Shown one piece after another: positions 16,420-24,543 of a DNA stretch of 62,689 nt; within the stretch, counting starts at the first letter, position 1, and the number at the start of each line of letters is the position of its first letter. This DNA is from a virus (lineage: Duplodnaviria > Caudoviricetes), in the IMG/VR virus record IMGVR_UViG_3300009506_000027, positions 1 to 62,689 of that record, one strand, 5' to 3'. Both the position numbers and the translations under genes were made by a program. A model generated the notes under the pieces. That model was not told the DNA's origin. It saw nothing but the letters and a program-made list of their open reading frames with translations, and did no database searches.

Positions 16420-18084
16420 ATGGAAAATTGGATTTCCAAGACTCTCGAAATAGCTCGTAATGTCTTTGGTGCCGTAAGGACTTCAGAAACCGATCCTGAA
16501 GGATCTGCCTTCAAGGTAGTCGAACAGGCGTTCAACGATTACAGTGACTACCGTGAGGAAATCCAGAAGCTCCGCGACTTCTATAACGGCGACCAGATCC
16601 AAGGCACGGGACTGAACTCGGGGGACTACTACATCCCCGACTGGCCCGACGAGGAAGAGGACGAGAAGACGACGCGGGCAGACAGGATGGCCGAACTCGC
16701 CTGGAACCGCGTCCGCGATGGTGTCCTCACCCACGCCGATGCCCTGTATGCGTCAGGGGTCGGCGTTTCTGTGCATCGTAGGATCGAATGGCGGGAGTGG
16801 GCGACGGCGACCCCGGAGCAGCAGAAGTGGCTGGAGGAATACTTCGCCCATCGGTTCTGGGAGACTAATGAGATCGCCCATTTCATGTGGGACACCTGGA
16901 GGGTGGTCGGTGGTGAGCGCAGCGCCGTCGTGATGAACCAGTGGGTGGACACGAGGGCGCGGAGGCTCAGGAAGTTCGCCAAGACCGACAACCAGCGCCA
17001 ACTTCACAAGGACTATGGGTGTGTCTGGATGGAGAGACTGGACAACCTTCAGGTGATCCCCGTGCCGCACCCGAACACCCCACGCGAGTTGGGCGGCATC
17101 ATCCGGTGGTACAAACGGCCCATCAGCGAAGACGTCCCCTACACCGTTATGTCCGACTGCTACCCCGGTGAGCGGGACACGATTACTGAACTTATCACGG
17201 ATGATAAGTGGTATCGGTGGATGGGCACGAAGCTGGAGCAGCACCAGTGGGGGACCGACAACCTTTACGGCGACGTCCGCACCATCTTCACATGGTTCAG
17301 GAACGCCGCCGACATTGCCGACTCCGAAGACAGTATGGCCGCGCAGCTTCTTCTGCTGGAGAACATCTACACGGGTGCGGAGATCGCACGGAGTCACGCC
17401 TTCCCCGAGACACTGTACGCTGGTTTCGAGCCACCGATGCGGGAGGATACGGCTACGGGCAGGCAGATTCTCGAAAAGGGGCCGAACGTAGCCTACGTCG
17501 CTCAGGATCCGAACGCGGAGATCAAAAAGGTAGCGGCCCCGGCACAACTCAGCGATGTTGGCCTCAACGACACCCGAATCCATTCGATGCTAGATGAAGC
17601 CCTCGGACTCTCTCAGATTGAGCGAAATCAGGCGGGGGGCTCTGGCGGGCTGGGCCAGCTACGGTCGGCTCCTGCGCTGGGTCGCCTCCAGGGTCGGAGC
17701 GAAAGGCGGCGGCGGCGTAAGATCCTCGCCGCAGACAAGGCAGAAAGGGATCTCTTCCGGTCGGTGAGGGACATGACCGTGTTCCACGCCTTCCCGGAGC
17801 CAGAGCGTCAAGCCTTCGCGGATTCCCGTGTGGTTGTGACCTGGCCCCCAGAAGGCTTCGGGCTGGATATGTATACCGAGGCCCAGAAGGATCAGATCGA
17901 AACCCAGGCTGGACTTGAAACGCGAATGGAACAGCTTCGTAAGAGGCACCCGGAGGCGTCGGAGGCCGACCTTGAGGCGATGCAGACCGAGATTGAGAAA
18001 GAACTGGAGTCGCAGAAGTCTCCAGATCGTAAGCCGGAACCCAACGCGACGTTGCGGTCCAACGCCCAACCCGAGAGTACATAG
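16420..18084 (+). CDS. Portal protein (SPP1-like features)
   Basis: Follows terL; KLRDFYNGDQ...WN motif; acidic helical C-terminus. Confidence 0.8.
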   Translation: MENWISKTLEIARNVFGAVRTSETDPEGSAFKVVEQAFNDYSDYREEIQKLRDFYNGDQIQGTGLNSGDYYIPDWPDEEEDEKTTRADRMAELAWNRVRDGVLTHADALYASGVGVSVHRRIEWREWATATPEQQKWLEEYFAHRFWETNEIAHFMWDTWRVVGGERSAVVMNQWVDTRARRLRKFAKTDNQRQLHKDYGCVWMERLDNLQVIPVPHPNTPRELGGIIRWYKRPISEDVPYTVMSDCYPGERDTITELITDDKWYRWMGTKLEQHQWGTDNLYGDVRTIFTWFRNAADIADSEDSMAAQLLLLENIYTGAEIARSHAFPETLYAGFEPPMREDTATGRQILEKGPNVAYVAQDPNAEIKKVAAPAQLSDVGLNDTRIHSMLDEALGLSQIERNQAGGSGGLGQLRSAPALGRLQGRSERRRRRKILAADKAERDLFRSVRDMTVFHAFPEPERQAFADSRVVVTWPPEGFGLDMYTEAQKDQIETQAGLETRMEQLRKRHPEASEADLEAMQTEIEKELESQKSPDRKPEPNATLRSNAQPEST

Positions 18085-18092
18085 CGGAGGCC

Positions 18093-18773
18093 ATGATGGC
18101 TGAGGAAGTGAATGAAGGGGGCAACAAGCCCACGGGTGACAACTCGGATGAGGAAACCCAGAACGCTGGCTCCAGCGACGGCGGCGACGGCAAGGACAAG
18201 TCGAAGCAAAAGAAGCTGGAAGAATCTTCGACGGAGGAGCTAATCACCTACATCAAAGAACTCAGGAATGAGTCCAAGGGTAGGCGAGAGAAGATTTCGG
18301 AACTGGAAACCCTCCTTGAAGGCGTCCCGGATCTGAAGAAGAAGCTGAAGGATCTGGAGGACAAGGACAAAACCGAGGAGGAGCGGCGGGGTGAGCGGTT
18401 GAAGGAGTTGGAGGAAGCCGCAGGCCAGGTTCCCGAACTTCAGAAGGCTCAGGAGTACGTCAAGAAGGTTCTCGGGGAACGGATGAAAGTGGTGGAGGAC
18501 ATGGATGAGGAGACAAAGGCTCCCGTCCTTTCTCTGCTGGAGGATCTACCCAAGAAGGATTACTTGGGTCGGCTGAAAGTGATTGACGCCGTCCTCGCCG
18601 TTTCTGGGGTGAAGAAGAAGGACGTTGGGGATATGTCGGCTGAGGAAACCGGCAACCCAGCGGAAACAGGGGATGGAGAAACTGGTCGCACGATGGCGCA
18701 GGACCTTTCCTGGAGCCCGATGGGGCAGCAGGAGGCCGAGTGGGCTGGTTTAATCAAGAAATCATCCGAGTAG
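18093..18773 (+). CDS. Capsid scaffolding protein
   Basis: Acidic coiled coil with ELRNESKGRR; lies between portal and capsid. Confidence 0.75.
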   Translation: MMAEEVNEGGNKPTGDNSDEETQNAGSSDGGDGKDKSKQKKLEESSTEELITYIKELRNESKGRREKISELETLLEGVPDLKKKLKDLEDKDKTEEERRGERLKELEEAAGQVPELQKAQEYVKKVLGERMKVVEDMDEETKAPVLSLLEDLPKKDYLGRLKVIDAVLAVSGVKKKDVGDMSAEETGNPAETGDGETGRTMAQDLSWSPMGQQEAEWAGLIKKSSE

Positions 18774-18785
18774 GAGTGCTGACCT

Positions 18786-19214
18786 ATGGCTGATGTAACC
18801 AAGGTGACGGCTGCTATCCGAGCGGTTGAGGGTGCGGCCCATCAGGTTTACACGGCTGATGCCGCATCCGGCTACACTCCTGTCGTGGGCGACCTCGTTG
18901 CCATCGCTGGCAACGACACAGTGGATGAATGTGATGCCACGGACGCCAACGGGCTCGTTGAGCCCATTGGGGTCGTGGAATCCTTCAAGGCTGTGCGCAC
19001 CACGGCTGGAGCCGCTGGGTACCGTGTGACCGCAAGGTTCGGCGGCATCCTGGAGGGCTTCACCGGCCTCACGGCTGGGACCGTCCTCTACAATTCTACG
19101 ACTGCGGGAGCGATTGCCGACGCAGATCCCACCGCAAGCGGAGTCACGGGAATCCCGATTGGTGTTGCTATCAACGCCACTCAGGTTCTCTTGGCCCTGC
19201 CACGCCTCGTCTAA
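18786..19214 (+). CDS. Capsid decoration/cement protein
   Basis: Ala/Gly/Thr-rich with GLTAGTVLY...IGVAI pattern; upstream of the capsid gene. Confidence 0.7.
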   Translation: MADVTKVTAAIRAVEGAAHQVYTADAASGYTPVVGDLVAIAGNDTVDECDATDANGLVEPIGVVESFKAVRTTAGAAGYRVTARFGGILEGFTGLTAGTVLYNSTTAGAIADADPTASGVTGIPIGVAINATQVLLALPRLV

Positions 19215-19235
19215 CGGGGAGAAAGGTAGACTACC

Positions 19236-20342
19236 ATGGCTGATACGACCTATGGCATCCACCTGTCTCCCGACCTGTATGGTGGCACCGTACAGGGAAT
19301 GGACATTGAGAAACTTTCTCGGGAACGTATCCGGGAAATGCTTGATGCGAGACAGGAAGCAAGAAACGCTGCTGCCGACCTGATCCTCGGTGGGCTCGCC
19401 ATTACCACGACCGAGCGTGCGACCCTGATCGGGCAGCACAATGCTCTCGGGGAGTGGGAAAAGGGCACCGAGACTGGGCGTCCCAAGCGGCGTCGGGTGT
19501 CTGGCCTCACGGGGCTGGGCTTCCCCCTCTACAAGTTTGAGACTCGTTCCGGCTGGAGCTACGATTTCCTGGCGAAGGCCAAGAACATCGAACTCCTCGC
19601 CACTTTCGAGGAGATCATGGGTGGACACTTGCAGGCGCTCTACAAGGACGCCCTGCGTGCCCTGTTCTCCAACACCGCCTACACCTGGAATGACGAACTC
19701 TTCCCGGAGGACGGTGACATTGCGGTGAAGCCCCTGGTCGGTGCGGATTCCGACTATACTCCCCCGCCCTGGAACGGGAATGAGTTCGATGGGACTCACG
19801 ACCATTACCTCGCCATCGGAGCCACCTTCGATGAGGCTGACATGACCACGGCTTGCGACGAAGTCCGCGAGCATGGTTACGCCATGCCGAGGTCCATCGG
19901 CGGGTTCGGTGGACACATGGAACTCTGGATTCCAGAGAACATGAAGGCGACGGTGATCGCGTTCACGAATCACGTTGAGGCCAACGATTCCATGGTGGCC
20001 GACGTCAACAAGATTTGGGCGCGTGTGGACGGTGATCGGTACGAAGGATACAACAGCGCGGCCAAGTGCTGGATTCGGGTCGTGCCGTGGCTCCCGGATT
20101 CCTACTACATCGCTTTCGCCAACACCATCACCGCCCCTGGGCAGAGGAACGCTTTCGCGCCTCTGCGTCGGCGTGTGCCGCAACAGGCTGCGCTGCGCGG
20201 GATCAAGCGGTTTGACGACCGCGAGTTCCCCCTCCAGGACGCCTACTGGGTTGACTGGTTCGGGTACGGTGTCTACGACCGCGTTTCTGCGGCCTGTGGG
20301 TACCTCCATGCCGACACCTACACGGTGCCGACCATCAGCTAG
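19236..20342 (+). CDS. Major capsid protein
   Basis: 368 aa, synteny, followed by a terminator; C-terminal FGYGVYDR. Confidence 0.75.
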   Translation: MADTTYGIHLSPDLYGGTVQGMDIEKLSRERIREMLDARQEARNAAADLILGGLAITTTERATLIGQHNALGEWEKGTETGRPKRRRVSGLTGLGFPLYKFETRSGWSYDFLAKAKNIELLATFEEIMGGHLQALYKDALRALFSNTAYTWNDELFPEDGDIAVKPLVGADSDYTPPPWNGNEFDGTHDHYLAIGATFDEADMTTACDEVREHGYAMPRSIGGFGGHMELWIPENMKATVIAFTNHVEANDSMVADVNKIWARVDGDRYEGYNSAAKCWIRVVPWLPDSYYIAFANTITAPGQRNAFAPLRRRVPQQAALRGIKRFDDREFPLQDAYWVDWFGYGVYDRVSAACGYLHADTYTVPTIS

Positions 20343-20350
20343 GCCGGATA

Positions 20351-20378
20351 GGGCGGGGGATGAGCCCCCGCCCGTTTC
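20351..20378 (+). terminator. Intrinsic terminator after the capsid gene
   Basis: GGGCGGGGG-ATGAG-CCCCCGCCC followed by GTTT. Confidence 0.65.
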
Positions 20379-20398
20379 CACAACTACGAGGTAGACCG

Positions 20399-20668
20399 AT
20401 GGCGAAGTTGACCTTCATCGAACGGTACAGGACGGACACGCGGTTCAAGGAACGCGCAGACGGGCTCTTGATGGAGTCCATTTTCGCTATGGCTGGGATT
20501 GACGCGCAGAACCTCTGCCGACTCTGGGAAACTGGGGATCGCATCCTCAAATTGGAGGACGTGGCGACCAGGCTCGTGCAGGTGGACGATGCGGAGAAAT
20601 CCAAGCCCAAGGCAACGACCAGGCGTTCAACCAAAAAGGCTGACGCCACAACGGGCGACGACGGATAA
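20399..20668 (+). CDS. Hypothetical protein
   Basis: GAGGT RBS; TAATG coupling. Confidence 0.65.
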   Translation: MAKLTFIERYRTDTRFKERADGLLMESIFAMAGIDAQNLCRLWETGDRILKLEDVATRLVQVDDAEKSKPKATTRRSTKKADATTGDDG

Positions 20669-21081
20669 TGACTTTCGTAGCATACGCGACCGTCACGGAC
20701 ATTCGGGCGTATATGCCGACAGGGGTTGACGACCTCTGGGAGCACGACGAAGACAATGCCGCTGACTCTCTTCGGAGGGCCGCAAGGAAGATCAACGAGC
20801 GCTTCGCTGCCATGGAGCGCTTCACGGTTATCCCCATCGAAGCTGAAGATGACGGGGACTACGCCGAGGTCCTTGTGGAACTCAACGTCTATGAAGCTCT
20901 CTGGGATCGCGTCCGGGGGCTTTACGCAGGTGAGGCGTTTGAGGAACAATGGGCGTGGATTCGGATTCGTCTGAATACCATGTGGACCGGGATTGAGAAC
21001 GGACAGTTCTCTTTCGGCTCCGAACCGGAGGCTGCTGCAAGCGGTGGGGTTGCTGTCCACACACGCAGAAGCTCTCCGTAG
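20668..21081 (+). CDS. Head-tail adaptor
   Basis: N-terminal YATVTDI motif; synteny. Confidence 0.7.
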   Translation: MTFVAYATVTDIRAYMPTGVDDLWEHDEDNAADSLRRAARKINERFAAMERFTVIPIEAEDDGDYAEVLVELNVYEALWDRVRGLYAGEAFEEQWAWIRIRLNTMWTGIENGQFSFGSEPEAAASGGVAVHTRRSSP

Positions 21082-21090
21082 GGAGGGACC

Positions 21091-21564
21091 ATGCCGCAGA
21101 GCGACGTGAGACTCCACGAGTTCATGGAGGCGATCAGGGACCAGATCGTGTCCGAGGTGAGCTATCTGGACGGTTACGTTGACGTCGTGGACGCAGACGC
21201 GGACACTGCGCCAGAAGTGCTGCGAAAAGCCATTGGCACTGGGCGATACGGTGTGAGGATCATGCCCGCCGAGCCCGCCATGGAGGGCGAACCTGGGATG
21301 GGCCAGACAACGCTTTGGACCTTCAACGTTTTAGTCGTTACCCTCTTCAGGAAGATGGGTGCGATGGGACGTAGGCCCAAAGACGACCAGGGTAGCGACA
21401 TCACGATCACCACGAAAGAGGTGATGAGTGCCCTTATGGGGCAACGTTTATCGCTGCTCAACCAAGGTGGAGTTCACTGCGGGCCCGTGCGCTACACCAC
21501 GGACGGCAGTGCCCTTCAAGTTATGACCTTCACAGCGAGCGGTAGCTCCAGGGAAGCGAGGTAA
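21091..21564 (+). CDS. Tail terminator/completion protein
   Basis: Size and position before the tail tube gene. Confidence 0.55.
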   Translation: MPQSDVRLHEFMEAIRDQIVSEVSYLDGYVDVVDADADTAPEVLRKAIGTGRYGVRIMPAEPAMEGEPGMGQTTLWTFNVLVVTLFRKMGAMGRRPKDDQGSDITITTKEVMSALMGQRLSLLNQGGVHCGPVRYTTDGSALQVMTFTASGSSREAR

Positions 21565-21566
21565 CA

Positions 21567-22775
21567 ATGCCCGGTGGATATGAGTCGGGCCTGAGATTGG
21601 TTGAGCATTACAGTGGCCGGGACAACGCGAACAAACAGACTCGTGGCATTTTCCCGACTCTGTCGTCAGCGCCGGAAATCAATGTCGGCAGGGCAATTCG
21701 CAACGCCGAGAACCGGATCACTGGGACTGCCGCTCAGGCTGCACACACCATCAGTGTTCATGGGACGTTCCCGACAGCGTCCGTAACCATGGATGCAAGG
21801 CCGGAGGATGTGATTCTTCCCCTGATGGCCTTCTTCCACAACCGAGACTACACGGTGATTACCCCAGGGGCCACGGGCACCGGGGGCGAGTATACGTCAC
21901 CCTACACCGAGGTAGGGACCTTCCAGTTCGGGATGCTGGATGCGAAGCCGGATTACAACGGTGCCGTCATCGGCACCTATGACGGTGCGGCTGCGACCTA
22001 CAACGAAGTCGTGACCATGTCGGATGTGTACTCCATCGGGTTGGAGTACCTGTACGGTCACGGCGACCTCGGTGATTCCGACAACGCTGCGTTCATCGAA
22101 AACTTCGTCGCCAACATGATTCGGTTTGAGACTGCACGCGGCATTGACAACTACCTTCTGTTCACCTTTTCCGGCTTCGGTAGGAGTGGGGACGAGGTCG
22201 CTGATGTGACCGAGGCCGCGTGGGGTCCTGGCGTGAACGGTTCGTTCTCCAGCCAGTCTGTCCTGACGCCCGAGGACCTGACCCTAACGCTGATGGAACT
22301 CAACGATGTTGACGTCGCGGCCAAGTTCGCGCCGTGGCTCGACTCGCTCACGATCGAAATGACCAATGGCATTGATGGGCGGGATGCCCTCGGTTACGAC
22401 GAATACAACGCGCTTGCTACTGCTGGCCGTCCTTCGGTGACGGGGACGATCGGCATGGGCCATGTTGACGGCGATTTCCTGGATGCCCTGAAGAACGGGT
22501 ACAAGTTTGAGTTGACCGTCACGTTCTCCAGCGGGACCAACGAGAACATCAAGATCACGCTGCCCTACTGCAAGCTCCACGAGAACTTCAACCCCACGTC
22601 AGGCGATGTGGGAGCCGACGTTACCCTGGAAGTCCCGTTCCGTGCGGTTATCGACCCGGACGTGGCGAAGTCGCTGGTGGAGGTCGAAGTCGATACCGTC
22701 TTCGACGTCCGTACCAACAGCTTCTTCAACGCGACCACGCTGGCTGAAGCCACGACCTACACGGACATGACGTAG
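21567..22775 (+). CDS. Major tail tube protein
   Basis: Beta-rich; SLTIEMTN...VTGTI...KITLP...EVPFRA pattern; upstream of the chaperones. Confidence 0.75.
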   Translation: MPGGYESGLRLVEHYSGRDNANKQTRGIFPTLSSAPEINVGRAIRNAENRITGTAAQAAHTISVHGTFPTASVTMDARPEDVILPLMAFFHNRDYTVITPGATGTGGEYTSPYTEVGTFQFGMLDAKPDYNGAVIGTYDGAAATYNEVVTMSDVYSIGLEYLYGHGDLGDSDNAAFIENFVANMIRFETARGIDNYLLFTFSGFGRSGDEVADVTEAAWGPGVNGSFSSQSVLTPEDLTLTLMELNDVDVAAKFAPWLDSLTIEMTNGIDGRDALGYDEYNALATAGRPSVTGTIGMGHVDGDFLDALKNGYKFELTVTFSSGTNENIKITLPYCKLHENFNPTSGDVGADVTLEVPFRAVIDPDVAKSLVEVEVDTVFDVRTNSFFNATTLAEATTYTDMT

Positions 22776-22783
22776 GGGGTACC

Positions 22784-23071
22784 ATGAAGATTCGACCAGA
22801 GGCTTTGGTCGAAACCTGGGCTCTGCGTCCTGATGCGTTCGCTCTGGAACCTGAACACATCAGGGCGCAGTTCGCCTCCCAGGTGGAGGCCAGGATGAAG
22901 GAACTGGAGGCTGGCGATGCCCTACCGGAGCGTGAAACAGAGGAACTACCTGCACTGGAAGAAGCCGTCAGTGGCGAAGAAGCGGGACAAGAAGTATGGG
23001 ACGAGGATCCAGAAGAAGAAGACGCGCCCGAAGCGCAAGTAGAAACCAGGGTTGAACCCGAGGAGGACTAG
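22784..23071 (+). CDS. Acidic hypothetical protein
   Basis: Glu-rich ORF with RBS. Confidence 0.6.
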   Translation: MKIRPEALVETWALRPDAFALEPEHIRAQFASQVEARMKELEAGDALPERETEELPALEEAVSGEEAGQEVWDEDPEEEDAPEAQVETRVEPEED

Positions 23072-23470
23072 GTGTCCATCAAGATTGATCTGACGCAGGA
23101 CGGTCTGAGGCCCATGACCATCAAGGGCACGGACGGGGACGGGGACGAATTTGAGGCCAGGTTCGTCTTCAAGAGGCGGCTGAACCGCCAGCAGGCCATG
23201 ACCATGACCAAGACGGTCGGCAAAGGGAAGAAGGCGAAGGAGGTTCCCGACCTGGTACGCCTCTACACCACGACCATCGCGTCTATCCACCTGAAGAAGG
23301 GTTTCGAGGGCGTCTTCGCTGACGGCTCTCCCATCCCGACCGACCATCCGATTGAGGACGACGGGCAGATCGTCGCCATTATGAACTTCCTGCCCTCCGA
23401 CATTACAGAGCCCGTGGATTCCCATATCCTCGGCGCTGCTGAACTGGAGGTGGAGGAAAAAAACTCCTAA
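23072..23470 (+). CDS. Tail assembly chaperone (G)
   Basis: Ends on slippery A AAA AAC (23458-23464); lies before the tape measure gene. Confidence 0.75.
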   Translation: MSIKIDLTQDGLRPMTIKGTDGDGDEFEARFVFKRRLNRQQAMTMTKTVGKGKKAKEVPDLVRLYTTTIASIHLKKGFEGVFADGSPIPTDHPIEDDGQIVAIMNFLPSDITEPVDSHILGAAELEVEEKNS

Positions 23471-24018
23471 AGTGGGCGGCTACCGCGCACTACCTCGCGG
23501 CCAGTGAGGAGGGGAAGTGCGATGGCTGTCCACTCGACGGTTTTCCATCATCGGGCCGCGTCTGTCTCTTGGATCCAGACACCTACCCCGTCACCCTTGC
23601 GGACGGCGGGGTTGAGGTGCAAATTGAGTCCAAGGCAGAGATGCTTCCACGTCTGACGGAGTTCACCGAAAAGGTGTTCACCGAACTCAATCGCCCTGGG
23701 GTGGCTGTTCATCCCAGGGCGTTTTTAAGAGTGAAACAGGGGAGGAAGCGGGTTCCCATCTGTCCAGCATCGTTGCCGGTTCCCCGATGGGCCAGGGCGG
23801 TGGTCGAACAGATTTCGATGGACATTTCGGGGATGCAGCCCCGCTTCTTTTACAACGACAGGCCGTGGTTGGAGCAGCCAGCGATCTACTGCGTCTGCTA
23901 CATCGCTGTTACGGAAGCGAAGCAGGTCGTGGACGATTGGCTGGAGGAGCGGAGGAAGAAGCGGGAGCCCAATGAGCAGCGCAGACCCATTCGTCGTCAA
24001 GGTAATCAACCTCGCTAA
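23458..24018 (+). CDS. Tail assembly chaperone -1 frameshift extension (GT)
   Basis: The -1 frame (LLKWAATAHYL...) is open and continuous with the 23569..24018 ORF. Confidence 0.75.
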   Translation, partial: KKLLKWAATAHYLAASEEGKCDGCPLDGFPSSGRVCLLDPDTYPVTLADGGVEVQIESKAEMLPRLTEFTEKVFTELNRPGVAVHPRAFLRVKQGRKRVPICPASLPVPRWARAVVEQISMDISGMQPRFFYNDRPWLEQPAIYCVCYIAVTEAKQVVDDWLEERRKKREPNEQRRPIRRQGNQPR

Positions 24019-24535
24019 GATCATGCGGAACACGCGGGAGTGGTTGCGCCTGTCTGGCAACCGTATCGCCAAAAGGATGATTAAGAACATTGACAAGGGG
24101 GTGAACGCCTACCCCTTCGTGGCGAAGGGCGCTCCCCTGATCGCTGGCACTATGAGGCCCCTCGCCACCCCCACCATCAACATTCGCCAAGAGAACGGCC
24201 ACTCCAGCACCAAGCCCTATTTCGAGACAGGGTACACCCGTGACCATATCGGGCCGCATGATCTCACCGATACATCCGTTTTGGTGGGCGGTACGGACGT
24301 AAAGGCGCAGCGGTGTATCCTCCTGAACTATGGTACGGACTGGGTCGAACCCGGACCCATGAAGATCATCCGGCAGAGACTCCATTCCAGGATGCCCAGC
24401 ACCGACATCCCCGCCAGGAATCCTATCGGCTACACCCAGGAGGATGCCAACGCGGTCTTCGCGTTCTGGCACAAGGCGTTTATGACGGGTGACACCACGA
24501 GCAGCCGGATGGTTATGACCATCCCGTCCATCTAG
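23972..24535 (+). CDS. Virion morphogenesis/neck protein (Mu gpG-like)
   Basis: KPYFETG...NYGT...IPARNPIG motifs. Confidence 0.6.
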   Translation: MSSADPFVVKVINLAKIMRNTREWLRLSGNRIAKRMIKNIDKGVNAYPFVAKGAPLIAGTMRPLATPTINIRQENGHSSTKPYFETGYTRDHIGPHDLTDTSVLVGGTDVKAQRCILLNYGTDWVEPGPMKIIRQRLHSRMPSTDIPARNPIGYTQEDANAVFAFWHKAFMTGDTTSSRMVMTIPSI

Positions 24536-24543
24536 GAGCAGCC

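Noticed and set aside
23458-23470. Tail chaperone frameshift as a novelty
   Set aside because: Well supported but canonical for long-tailed phages; listed as a feature only.
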